From: Eledone cirrhosa
Taxonomy: Eukaryota
Direction of reading: 5' to 3'
Assembly (NCBI GenBank): GCA_964016885.1
Contig: OZ024741.1
Location: 409,758,001-409,822,000, forward strand
Length of the DNA: 64,000 bases
The notes beneath the pieces were generated by a model. It did not search any database, had not been told where the DNA came from, and was given only the letters and a program-made list of their open reading frames with translations. This document shows, one piece after another, positions 9,370 through 23,500 of the stretch. The stretch's first letter is position 1; every line of letters begins with the position of its first letter. A program made the translations under genes and the position numbers.

Positions 9370-10053
9370 AAATGTATGTATATATATATAATATATATAT
9401 ATATATATTTGGCATGGCAATAAAGTCTTAAGAATAACCCTTTAAATGATAATGCACAACATATTGAAACTAAAATTTATTCTACAAAACATAATCTCCA
9501 TTGAATGCAATAACAGCTTTACAGTGCTTATGTAACTCTTTCTGGAACTGTTCCTTTGGCAATTGTCGAAACCAGTGCAACAATCTACCAACTCGTCTAA
9601 TGAAGCGAAAACAAATTTTCAAAGATGTTGGTTTAATAACTTGAACACCCAACAATTGCACAAATTTAAGTTGGGACTATAGGGTGATTGTTTGATCATT
9701 GCCACTCTTCTCTGGAAAATATCTTTTGTGGATTGAGGAGTTCGATGCATGTATAACTCACAAGAATGACAGCAAAATAATTATGCATGATCCTGTGACA
9801 AAATACAGCATTCATACAGAATATCACGCACATACAACAAAGTTCAAATTCCAACTAATATTAACTAGATTTATTCCTATATACGGCACACAGCCTACTA
9901 TTCTAAAGACTTTATTGCTACGCCAAGTGTATGTGTGTGTATCACTGGTCATTTGAGAAAGCAACATCAAATATCAGCCCAGGGATATATCAATGAATCG
10001 AAACAATAGAAGTAATTTTTATTTATTCTTTTTGTTTTTCTGTTCAACTTCTA

Positions 10054-10109
10054 GCTGTCTGATGAGGTCATAACTGTTGCATAACAGTTATTGAAATATA
10101 TATAACAGC
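10054..10109 (+). ncRNA. Candidate minimal type I hammerhead ribozyme
   Basis: gctgt-CTGATGA-ggtc-ataactgtt-gcat-aacagttat-t-GAAA-tatata-TA-acagc. Perfect 5-bp stem I, 9-bp hairpin in stem II and palindromic stem III. Confidence 0.55.
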
Positions 10110-10177
10110 AATTATGAATAAATGAAGTGATTTATTCATAATTTCTGATTTGTACTTCATTATTATAATTATGCAGT

Positions 10178-10362
10178 GGGGAATTGGCAGTATCGGTAGA
10201 GGGTCGGACGCCATGCTTTGACGCATAGTTACGTCCCTTTATGGTCTGAGTTCAAATCCCATCGAGGTTAATTTTGCCTTTTATCCTTATGGGGGCGATA
10301 AAATAAAGTACCAGTAATGCACTGGGTAATTGCTGGCCTTGTGCCAAAAGTAGAAACAATTA
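10178..10362 (+). mobile_element. tRNA-type SINE (family A), internally deleted variant
   Basis: Same head, B box and central motif as the other copies. Shares the cactggg..taattgctggccttgtgccaa deletion junction with the 6601-6795 copy. Confidence 0.85.
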
Positions 10363-10540
10363 TTATATTTATACTCCAGAGTAAACAGACCCGTTTGTGT
10401 ACTTTGTGGAGTGCTCTATCCTGCATACAATAGTGTCGGTGATAAAGTAACACATAGGCTCTCTCTCTATATATATATATGATTATATGTTTTTATCTAA
10501 TCTAGTATAATTTATCTATCCAATATATTGTATTTGTCAG

Positions 10541-10642
10541 TTACAGTTCCACTTGATGAGTGTTCAGTAGCCGTGACATTCCACCAGTGGTTAGGTAGTG
10601 TCACTGAGAGAATCAACCAAACAATGCACTATCAGTTTGAAG
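10541..10642 (+). CDS. C2orf42: C2orf42 homolog, coding exon 5 (last exon visible; gene continues beyond the window)
   Basis: Acceptor tatttgtcag ends at 10540. 102 nt, phase 1 to phase 1. [23 protein letters not shown] matches the recalled human [23 protein letters not shown]. Donor AG|gtgagg at 10643. No stop codon is reached. Confidence 0.9.
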
Positions 10643-10704
10643 GTGAGGCTCTTCTTTTCTTTGTCTTAGTCGTTGTAGTTTAATCCTTTTCATACATTCT
10701 AGAT

Positions 10705-11318
10705 TGGGGTCTCCATCACTAATACACCCTAGAAATCACCTATCAGATACAACCTTGTATGAGGCCAGCTAAACCTACATAGGTGTGAGCTGTAACAACA
10801 TGATTGTAGGACTGGGGCCTCTATCATTAAAACACCATAGAAACCTCTCAGGTTCTCCCTTATAGGAGGCCAGCTAAACCTACATAGGTGTGAGCTGTAA
10901 CAACATGATTGTAGGACTGGGGCCTCTATCATTAAAACACCATAGAAACCTCTCAGCTTCTACCTTATAGGAGGCCAGCTAAACCTACATAGGTGTGAGC
11001 TGTAACAACATGATTGTAGGACTGGGGCCTCTATCATTAAAACACCATAGAAACCTCTCAGGTTCTACCTTATAGGAGGCCAGCTAAACCTACATAGGTG
11101 TGAGCTGTAACAACATGATTGTAGGACTGGGGCCTCTATCATTAAAACACCATAGAAACCTCTCAGGTTCTACCTTATAGGAGGCCAGCTAAACCTACAT
11201 AGGTGTGAGCTGTAACAACATGATTGTAGGACTGGGGCCTCTATCATTAAAACACCATAGAAACCTCTCAGGTTCCACCTTATAGGAGGTCAGCTAAACC
11301 TACATAGGCGTGAGCTGT
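10705..11318. repeat. 105-bp tandem repeat, ~5.5 near-identical copies plus a degenerate 5' edge
   Basis: gagg(c/t)cagctaaacctacatagg recurs at 10761, 10866, 10971, 11076, 11181 and 11286. Confidence 0.97.
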
Positions 11319-11574
11319 TGATTTCATTTCATTTTCTAAAAACCTTTTATTATAAACTGCCCCTACTTCTGTGAAACAAATCTGTTCATTTTCAAATGTG
11401 TATATTTATTTAAAATCCTTCCGTCATAATTTTATCTAAGAACATTTGTTAAGTTATGTTCCAAATAATATGGCGCTGGGAAATGCCTTAGAAGATTAAA
11501 CCCCTACATCTTGTTCTTCACAGTATATATCTAGTTTAGAGTAGGTACACCAGACACCTTTGTACACAGCAACC

Positions 11575-14500
11575 CTGTGTACCTGGTTTACAGTAGGTAT
11601 ACTGTATCCCTGTGTATCTGGTTTACAGTAGGTATACTGTATCCCTGTGTATCTGGTTTACAGTAGGTATACTGTATCCCTGTGTATCTGGTTTACAGTA
11701 GGTATACTGTATCCCTGTGTACCTGGTTTACAGTAGGTACACTGTATCCCTGTGTACCTGGTTTACAGTAGGTATACTGTATCCCTGTGTATCTGGTTTA
11801 CAGTAGGTACACTGTATCCCTGTGTATCTGGTTTACAGTAGGTATACTGTATCCCTGTGTACCTGGTTTACAGTAGGTACACTGTATCCCTGTGTACCTG
11901 GTTTACAGTAGGTATACTGTATCCCTGTGTACCTGGTTTACAGTAGGTATACTGTATCCCTGTGTATCTGGTTTACAGTAGGTATACTGTATCCCTGTGT
12001 ACCTGGTTTACAGTAGGTATACTGTATCCCTGTGTATCTGGTTTACAGTAGGTACACTGTATCCCTGTGTACCTGGTTTACAGTAGGTATACTGTATCCC
12101 TGTGTATCTGGTTTACAGTAGGTATACTGTATCCCTGTGTACCTGGTTTACAGTAGGTATACTGTATCCCTGTGTACCTGGTTTACAGTAGGTATACTGT
12201 ATCCCTGTGTACCTGGTTTACAGTAGGTATACTGTATCCCTGTGTATCTGGTTTACAGTAGGTATACTGTATCCCTGTGTATCTGGTTTACAGTAGGTAC
12301 ACTGTATCCCTGTGTACCTGGTTTACAGTAGGTATACTGTATCCCGGTGTACCTGGTTTACAGTAGGTATACTGTATCCCTGTGTATCTGGTTTACAGTA
12401 GGTACACTGTATCCCTGTGTATCTGGTTTACAATAGGTACACTGTATCCCTGTGTATCTGGTTTACAATAGGTACACTGTATCCCTGTGTATCTGGTTTA
12501 CAATAGGTACACTGTATCCCTGGGTATATCTGGTTTACAATAGGTACACTGTATCCCTGGGTATATCAGGTTTACAATAGGTACACTGTATCCCTGGGTA
12601 TATCTGGTTTACAATAGGTACACTGTATCCCTGTGTATCTGGTTTACAATAGGTACACTGTATCCCTGTGTATCTGGTTTACAATAGGTACACTGTATCC
12701 CTGTGTATCTGGTTTACAATAGGTACACTGTATCCCTGGGTATATCAGGTTTACAATAGGTACACTGTATCCCTGTGTATCTGGTTTACAATAGGTACAC
12801 TGTATCCCTGGGTATATCAGGTTTACAATAGGTACACTGTATCCCTGTGTATCTGGTTTACAATAGGTACACTGTATCCCTGTGTATCTGGTTTACAATA
12901 GGTACACTGTATCCCTGTGTATATCTGGTTTACAATAGATACACTGTATCCCTGTGTATATCTGGTTTTCAATAGGTACACTGTATCCCTGTGTATATCA
13001 GGTTTACAATAGGTACACTGTATCCCTGTGTATCTGGTTTACAATAGGTACACTGTATCCCTGGGTATATCTGGTTTACAATAGGTACACTGTATCCCTG
13101 TGTATATCTGGTTTACAATAGGTACACTGTATCCCTGGGTATATCAGGTTTACAATAGGTACACTGAATCCCTGTGTATATCAGGTTTACAATAGGTACA
13201 CTGTATCCCTGTGTATATCAGGTTTACTATAGGTACACTGTATCCCTGTGTATATCTGGTTTACAATAGGTACACTGTATCCTTGTGTTATATCTGGTTT
13301 ACAATAGGTACACTGTATCCCTGTGTATATCTGGTTTACAATAGGTACACTGTATCCTTGTGTTATATCTGGTTTACAATAGGTACACTGTATCCCTGTG
13401 TATATCAGGTTTACTATAGGTACACTGTATCCCTGTGTATATCTGGTTTACAATAGGTACACTGTATCCTTGTGTTATATCTGGTTTACAATAGGTACAC
13501 TGTATCCCTGTGTATATCTGGTTTACAATAGGTGCACTGTATCCCTGTGTATATCTGGTTTACAATAGGTACACTGTATCCCTGGGTATATCTGGTTTAC
13601 AATAGGTACACTGTATCTCTGGGTATATCAGGTTTACAATAGGTACACTGTATCCCTGTGTATATCTGGTTTACAATAGGTACACTGTATCCCTGGGTAT
13701 ATCTGGTTTACAATAGGTACACTGTATCCATGTGTATATCAGGTTTACAATAGGTACACTGTATCCCTGTGTATGTGGTTTACAATAGGTACATTGTATC
13801 CCTGGGTATATCTGGTTTACAATAGGTACACTGTATCCCTGGGTATATCTGGTTTACAATAGGTACACTGTATCCCTGTATATCAGGTTTACTATAGGTA
13901 CACTGTATCCCTGTGTATATCTGGTTTACAATAGGTACACTGTATCCCTGTGTATATCTGGTTTACAATAGGTACACTGTATCCCTGGGTATATCGGGTT
14001 TATAATAGGTACACTGTATCACTGTGTATATCTGGTTTACAATAGGTACACTGTATCCCAGTGTGTATCTGGTTTACAATAGGTACACTGTATACCTGTG
14101 TATATCAGGTTTACAATAAGTACACTGTATCTCAGTGTATATCTGGTTTACAATAGGTACACTGTATCCCAGTGTATATCTGGTTTACAATAGGTACACT
14201 GTATCCCTGTGTATATCAAGTTTACTATAGATACACTGTATCCCTGTGTATATCTGGTTTTCAATAGGTACACTGTATCCTTGTGTTATATCTGGCTTAC
14301 AATAGGTACACTGTATCCCTGTGTATATCTGGTTTACAATAAGTACACTGTATCCCTGGGTATATCTGGTTTACAGTAGGTACACTGTATCCCTGTGTAT
14401 ATCAGGTTTACAATAGCTACCCTGTATCCCAGTATATATCTGGTTTACAATAAGTACACTGTATCCCAGTGTGTATCAGGTTTACAATAGGTACACTGTA

Positions 14501-17500
14501 TCATTGTATATATCTGGTTTTCAATAGGTACACTGTATCTCTGTGTATATCTAGTTTACAATAGGTACACTGAATCCCTGTCTATATCTGGTTTACAATA
14601 GGTACACTGTATCCCTGTGTATATCAAGTTTACAATAGGTACACTGTATCCCTGTGTATGTCTGGTTTACAATAGGTACACTGTATCCCTGTGTATATCA
14701 GGTTTACAATAGGTACACTGTATCCCTTTGGTATATCTGGTTTACAATAGGTACACTGTATCCCTGTGTATATCAGGTTTACAATAGGTACACTGTATCC
14801 CTGTGTATATCTGGTTTACAATAGGTACACTGTATCCATGGGTATATCTGGTTTACAATAGGTACACTGTATCCCTGTGTATATCTGGTTTACAATAGGT
14901 ACACTGTATCCCTGGGTATATCAGGTTTACAATAGGTACACTGAATCCTTGTGTATATCTGGTTTACAATAGGTACACTGTATCCCTGGGTATATCTGGT
15001 TTACAATAGGTACACTGTATCCCTGTGTATATTTGGTTTACAATAGGTACACTGTATCCCAGTGTATATCAGGTTTACAACAGGTACACTGTATCCATGT
15101 GTATATCAGGTTTACAATAGGTACACTGTATCCCTGTGTATATCAAGTTTACTATAGGTACACTGCATCCCTGTGTATATCTGGTTTATAATAAGTACAC
15201 TGCCTCCCTGGGTATATCTGGTTTACATTAGGTACACTGTATCCCAGTGTATATCAGGTTTACAATAGGTACACTGTATCCCTGCTGTATATCTGGTTTA
15301 CAATAGGTACTCTGTATCTCAGTGTATATCTGGTTTACAATAGCTACACTGTATCCCTGTGTATATCTGGTTTACAATAGGTACACTGTATCCCTGTGTA
15401 TATCTGGTTTACAATAGGTACACTGTATCCCAGTGTATATCTGGTTTACGATAGGTACACTGTATCCCTGTGTATATCAGGTTTACAATAGGTACACTGT
15501 ATCCCAGTATATATCAGGTTTACAATAGGTACACTGTATCCCAGTCTATATCAGGTTTACAATAGGTACACAGTATCGCTGTATATCTGGTTTACAATAG
15601 GTACACTGTCTCCCTGTGTATATCTGGTTTACAATAGGTATACTGTATCCCTGGGTATATCGGGTTTATAATAGGTACACTGTATCACTGTGTATATCTG
15701 GTTTACAATAGGTACACTGTATCCCAGTGTATATCAGGTTTACAATAGGTACACTGCATCCCTGTGTATATCTGGTTTATAATAAGTACACTGTCTCCCT
15801 ATATATATCTGGTTTACATTAGGTACACTGTATCCCAGTGTATATCAGGTTTACAATAGGTACACTGTATCCCTGTGTATCTGGTTTACAATAGGTACAC
15901 TGTATCCCTGGGTATATCTGGTTTACAATAGGTACACTGTATCCCTGTGTATATCTGGTTTACAATAGGTACACTGTATCCCTGGGTATATCGGGTTTAT
16001 AATAGGTACACTGTATCCCTGTGTATCTGGTTTACAATAGGTACAATGTATCCCTGGGTATATCTGGTTTACAATAGGTACACTGTATCCCTGGGTATAT
16101 CAGGTTTACAATAGGTACACTGTATCCCTGCTGTATATCTGGTTTACAATAGGTACTCTGTATCTCAGTGTATATCTGGTTTACAATAGGTACACTGTAT
16201 CCCTGTGTATATCTGGTTTACAATAAGTACACTGTATCCCTGTGTATATCTGGTTTACAATAGGTACACTGTATCCCTGGGTATATCTGGTTTACAATAT
16301 GTACACTGTATCCCTGGGTATATCTGGTTTACAATAGGTACACTGTATCCCTGTATATCAGGTTTACTATAGGTACACTGTATCCCTGTGTATATCTGGT
16401 TTACAATAGGTACACTGTATCCCTGTGTATATCTGGTTTACAATAGGTACACTGTATCCCTGGGTATATCGGGTTTATAATAGGTACACTGTATCACTAT
16501 GTATATCTGGTTTACAATAGGTACACTGTATCCCAGTGTGTATCTGGTTTACAATAGGTACACTGTATACCTGTGTATATCAGGTTTACAATAGGTACAC
16601 TGTATCTCAGTGTATATCTGGTTTACAATAGGTACACTGTATCCCAGTGTATATCTGGTTTACGATAGGTACACTGTATCCCTGTGTATATCAGGTTTAC
16701 AATAGGTACACTGTATCCCAGTATATATCAGGTTTACAATAGGTACACTGTATCCCAGTGTATATCAGGTTTACAATAGGTACACAGTATCTCTGTATAT
16801 CTGGTTTACAATAGGTACACTGTCTCCCTGTGTATATCTGGTTTACAATAGGTACACTGTATCCCTGGGTATATCAGGTTTACGATAGGTACACTGTATC
16901 CCTGGGTATATCTGGTTTACAATAGGTACACTGTATCCCAGTGTATATCTGGTTTACAATAGGTACACCGTATCCCTGTGTATGTCAGGTTTACAATAGG
17001 TCCACTGTATCCCTGTGTATCTGGTTTACAATAGGTACACTGTATCCCTGTGTATATCTGGTTTACAATAGGTACACTGTATCCATGGGTATATCTGGTT
17101 TACAATAGGTACACTGTATCCCTGTGTATATCTGGTTTACAATAGGTACACTGTATCCCTGGGTATATCAGGTTTACAATAGGTACACTGAATCCCTGTG
17201 TATATCTGGTTTACAATAGGTACACTGTATCCCTGGGTATATCTGGTTTACGATAGGTACACTGTATCCCTGTGTATATTTGGTTTACAATAGGTACACT
17301 GTATCCCAGTGTATATCAGGTTTACAATAGGTACACTGCATCCCTGTGTATATCTGGTTTATAATAAGTACACTGTCTCCCTAGGTATACCTGGTTTACA
17401 TTAGGTACACTGTATCCCAGTGTATATCAGGTTTACAATAGGTACACTGTATCCCTGTGTATCTGGTTTACAATAGGTACACTGTATCTCTGGGTATATC

Positions 17501-20500
17501 TGGTTCACAATAGGGACACTGTATCCCTGGGTATATCAGGTTTACAATAGGTACACTGTATCCCTGTGTATATCTGGTTTACAATACGTACACTGTATCC
17601 ATGTGTATATCTGGTTTACAATAGGTACACTGTATCCCTGTATATCAGGTTTACTATAGGTATACTGTATCCCTGTGTATATCTGGTTTACAATAGGTAC
17701 ACTGTATCCCTGTTTATATCTTGTTTACAATAGGTACACTGTATCCCTGGGTATATCGGGTTTATAATAGGTACACTGTATCCCTGTGTATCTGGTTTAC
17801 AATAGGTACACTGTATCCCTGGGTATATCTGGTTTACAATAGGTACACTGTATCCCTGGGTATATCAGGTTTACAATAGGTACACTGTATCCCTCTGTAT
17901 ATCTGGTTTACAATAGGTACACTGTATCCATGGGTATATCTGGTTTACAATAGGTACACTGTATCCCTGTATATCAGGTTTACTATAGGTACACTGTATC
18001 CCTGTGTATATCTGGTTTACAATAGGTACACTGTATCCCAGTGTATATCTGGTTTACAATAGGTACACTGTATCCCTGGGTATATCGGGTTTATAATAGG
18101 TACACTGTATCACTGTGTATATCTGGTTTACAATAGGTACACTGTATCCCAGTGTGTATCTGGTTTACAATAGGTACACTGTATACCTGTGTATATCAGG
18201 TTTACTATAGGTATACTGTATCCCTGTGTATATCTGGTTTACAATAGGTACACTGTATCCCAGTGTATATCTGGTTTACAATAGGTACACTGTATCCCTC
18301 TGTATATCTGGTTTACAATAGGTACACTGTATCCCTGTGTATATCAGGTTTACAATAGGTACACTGTATCCCTGTGTATATCTGGTTTACAATAGGTACA
18401 CTGTATCCATGGGTATATCTGGTTTACAATAGGTACACTGTATCCCTGTGTATATCTGGTTTACAATAGGTACACTGTATCCCTGGGTATATCAGGTTTA
18501 CAATAGGTACACTGAATCCTTGTGTATATCTGGTTTACAATAGGTACACTATATCCTTGGGTATATCTGGTTTACAATAGGTACACTGTATCCCTGTGTA
18601 TATCAAGTTTACTATAGGTACACTGCATCCCTGTGTATATCTGGTTTATAATAAGTACACTGTCTCCCTGGGTATATCTGGTTTACATTAGGTACACTGT
18701 ATCCCAGTGTATATCAGGTTTACAATAGGTACACTGTATCCCTGCTGTATATCTGCTTTACAATAGGTACTCTGTATCTCAGTGTATATCTGGTTTACAA
18801 TAAGTACACTGTATCCCTGTGTATATCTGGTTTACAATAAGTACACTGTATCCCTGTGTATATCTGGTTTACAATAGGTACACTGTATCCCTGGGTATAT
18901 CTGGTTTACAATATGTACACTGTATCACTGGGTATATCTGGTTTACAATAGGTACACTGAATCCCTGTGTATATCAGGTTTACAATAGGTACACTGTATC
19001 CCTGTGTATATCAGGTTTACTATAGGTACACTGTATCCCTGTGTATATCTGGTTTACAATAGGTACACTGTATCCTTGTGTTATATCTGGTTTACAATAG
19101 GTACACTGTATCCCTGTGTATATCTGGTTTACAATAGGTACACTGTATCCTTGTGTTATATCTGGTTTACAATAGGTACACTGTATCCCTGTGTATATCA
19201 GGTTTACTATAGGTACACTGTATCCCTGTGTATATCTGGTTTACAATAGGTACACTGTATCCTTGTGTTATATCTGGTTTACAATAGGTACACTGTATCC
19301 CTGTGTATATCTGGTTTACAATAGGTGCACTGTATCCCTGTGTATATCTGGTTTACAATAGGTACACTGTATCCCTGGGTATATCTGGTTTACAATAGGT
19401 ACACTGTATCTCTGGGTATATCAGGTTTACAATAGGTACACTGTATCCCTGTGTATATCTGGTTTACAATAGGTACACTGTATCCCTGGGTATATCTGGT
19501 TTACAATAGGTACACTGTATCCATGTGTATATCAGGTTTACAATAGGTACACTGTATCCCTGTGTATGTGGTTTACAATAGGTACATTGTATCCCTGGGT
19601 ATATCTGGTTTACAATAGGTACACTGTATCCCTGGGTATATCTGGTTTACAATAGGTACACTGTATCCCTGTATATCAGGTTTACTATAGGTACACTGTA
19701 TCCCTGTGTATATCTGGTTTACAATAGGTACACTGTATCCCTGTGTATATCTGGTTTACAATAGGTACACTGTATCCCTGGGTATATCGGGTTTATAATA
19801 GGTACACTGTATCACTGTGTATATCTGGTTTACAATAGGTACACTGTATCCCAGTGTGTATCTGGTTTACAATAGGTACACTGTATACCTGTGTATATCA
19901 GGTTTACAATAAGTACACTGTATCTCAGTGTATATCTGGTTTACAATAGGTACACTGTATCCCAGTGTATATCTGGTTTACAATAGGTACACTGTATCCC
20001 TGTGTATATCAAGTTTACTATAGATACACTGTATCCCTGTGTATATCTGGTTTTCAATAGGTACACTGTATCCTTGTGTTATATCTGGCTTACAATAGGT
20101 ACACTGTATCCCTGTGTATATCTGGTTTACAATAAGTACACTGTATCCCTGGGTATATCTGGTTTACAGTAGGTACACTGTATCCCTGTGTATATCAGGT
20201 TTACAATAGCTACCCTGTATCCCAGTATATATCTGGTTTACAATAAGTACACTGTATCCCAGTGTGTATCAGGTTTACAATAGGTACACTGTATCATTGT
20301 ATATATCTGGTTTTCAATAGGTACACTGTATCTCTGTGTATATCTAGTTTACAATAGGTACACTGAATCCCTGTCTATATCTGGTTTACAATAGGTACAC
20401 TGTATCCCTGTGTATATCAAGTTTACAATAGGTACACTGTATCCCTGTGTATGTCTGGTTTACAATAGGTACACTGTATCCCTGTGTATATCAGGTTTAC

Positions 20501-23500
20501 AATAGGTACACTGTATCCCTTTGGTATATCTGGTTTACAATAGGTACACTGTATCCCTGTGTATATCAGGTTTACAATAGGTACACTGTATCCCTGTGTA
20601 TATCTGGTTTACAATAGGTACACTGTATCCATGGGTATATCTGGTTTACAATAGGTACACTGTATCCCTGTGTATATCTGGTTTACAATAGGTACACTGT
20701 ATCCCTGGGTATATCAGGTTTACAATAGGTACACTGAATCCTTGTGTATATCTGGTTTACAATAGGTACACTGTATCCCTGGGTATATCTGGTTTACAAT
20801 AGGCACACTGTATCCCTGTGTATATTTGGTTTACAATAGGTACACTGTATCCCAGTGTATATCAGGTTTACAACAGGTACACTGTATCCATGTGTATATC
20901 AGGTTTACAATAGGTACACTGTATCCCTGTGTATATCAAGTTTACTATAGGTACACTGCATCCCTGTGTATATCTGGTTTATAATAAGTACACTGCCTCC
21001 CTGGGTATATCTGGTTTACATTAGGTACACTGTATCCCAGTGTATATCAGGTTTACAATAGGTACACTGTATCCCTGCTGTATATCTGGTTTACAATAGG
21101 TACTCTGTATCTCAGTGTATATCTGGTTTACAATAGCTACACTGTATCCCTGTGTATATCTGGTTTACAATAGGTACACTGTATCCCTGTGTATATCTGG
21201 TTTACAATAGGTACACTGTATCCCAGTGTATATCTGGTTTACGATAGGTACACTGTATCCCTGTGTATATCAGGTTTACAATAGGTACACTGTATCCCAG
21301 TATATATCAGGTTTACAATAGGTACACTGTATCCCAGTGTATATCAGGTTTACAATAGGTACACAGTATCGCTGTATATCTGGTTTACAATAGGTACACT
21401 GTCTCCCTGTGTATATCTGGTTTACAATAGGTATACTGTATCCCTGGGTATATCGGGTTTATAATAGGTACACTGTATCACTGTGTATATCTGGTTTACA
21501 ATAGGTACACTGTATCCCAGTGTATATCAGGTTTACAATAGGTACACTGCATCCCTGTGTATATCTGGTTTATAATAAGTACACTGTCTCCCTATATATA
21601 TCTGGTTTACATTAGGTACACTGTATCCCAGTGTATATCAGGTTTACAATAGGTACACTGTATCCCTGTGTATCTGGTTTACAATAGGTACACTGTATCC
21701 CTGGGTATATCTGGTTTACAATAGGTACACTGTATCCCTGTGTATATCTGGTTTACAATAGGTACACTGTATCCCTGGGTATATCGGGTTTATAATAGGT
21801 ACACTGTATCCCTGTGTATCTGGTTTACAATAGGTACAATGTATCCCTGGGTATATCTGGTTTACAATAGGTACACTGTATCCCTGGGTATATCAGGTTT
21901 ACAATAGGTACACTGTATCCCTGCTGTATATCTGGTTTACAATAGGTACTCTGTATCTCAGTGTATATCTGGTTTACAATAGGTACACTGTATCCCTGTG
22001 TATATCTGGTTTACAATAAGTACACTGTATCCCTGTTTATATCTGGTTTACAATAGGTACACTGTATCCCTGGGTATATCTGGTTTACAATATGTACACT
22101 GTATCCCTGGGTATATCTGGTTTACAATAGGTACACTGTATCCCTGTATATCAGGTTTACTATAGGTACACTGTATCCCTGTGTATATCTGGTTTACAAT
22201 AGGTACACTGTATCCCTGTGTATATCTGGTTTACAATAGGTACACTGTATCCCTGGGTATATCGGGTTTATAATAGGTACACTGTATCACTATGTATATC
22301 TGGTTTACAATAGGTACACTGTATCCCAGTGTGTATCTGGTTTACAATAGGTACACTGTATACCTGTGTATATCAGGTTTACAATAGGTACACTGTATCT
22401 CAGTGTATATCTGGTTTACAATAGGTACACTGTATCCCAGTGTATATCTGGTTTACGATAGGTACACTGTATCCCTGTGTATATCAGGTTTACAATAGGT
22501 ACACTGTATCCCAGTATATATCAGGTTTACAATAGGTACACTGTATCCCAGTGTATATCAGGTTTACAATAGGTACACAGTATCTCTGTATATCTGGTTT
22601 ACAATAGGTACACTGTCTCCCTGTGTATATCTGGTTTACAATAGGTACACTGTATCCCTGGGTATATCAGGTTTACGATAGGTACACTGTATCCCTGGGT
22701 ATATCTGGTTTACAATAGGTACACTGTATCCCAGTGTATATCTGGTTTACAATAGGTACACCGTATCCCTGTGTATGTCAGGTTTACAATAGGTCCACTG
22801 TATCACTGTGTATCTGGTTTACAATAGGTACACTGTATCCCTGTGTATATCTGGTTTACAATAGGTACACTTTATCCATGGGTATATCTGGTTTACAATA
22901 GGTACACTGTATCCCTGTGTATATCTGGTTTACAATAGGTACACTGTATCCCTGGGTATATCAGGTTTACAATAGGTACACTGAATCCCTGTGTATATCT
23001 GGTTTACAATAGGTACACTGTATCCCTGGGTATATCTGGTTTACGATAGGTACACTGTATCCCTGTGTATATTTGGTTTACAATAGGTACACTGTATCCC
23101 AGTGTATATCAGGTTTACAATAGGTACACTGCATCCCTGTGTATATCTGGTTTATAATAAGTACACTGTCTCCCTAGGTATACCTGGTTTACATTAGGTA
23201 CACTGTATCCCAGTGTATATCAGGTTTACAATAGGTACACTGTATCCCTGTGTATCTGGTTTACAATAGGTACACTGTATCTCTGGGTATATCTGGTTCA
23301 CAATAGGGACACTGTATCCCTGGGTATATCAGGTTTACAATAGGTACACTGTATCCCTGTGTATATCTGGTTTACAATACGTACACTGTATCCATGTGTA
23401 TATCTGGTTTACAATAGGTACACTGTATCCCTGTATATCAGGTTTACTATAGGTATACTGTATCCCTGTGTATATCTGGTTTACAATAGGTACACTGTAT

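Noticed and set aside
9480-10050. Possible decayed Penelope-like coding sequence upstream of the 10054 hammerhead
   Set aside because: Only faint motif resemblance, too degenerate to support without a profile search.
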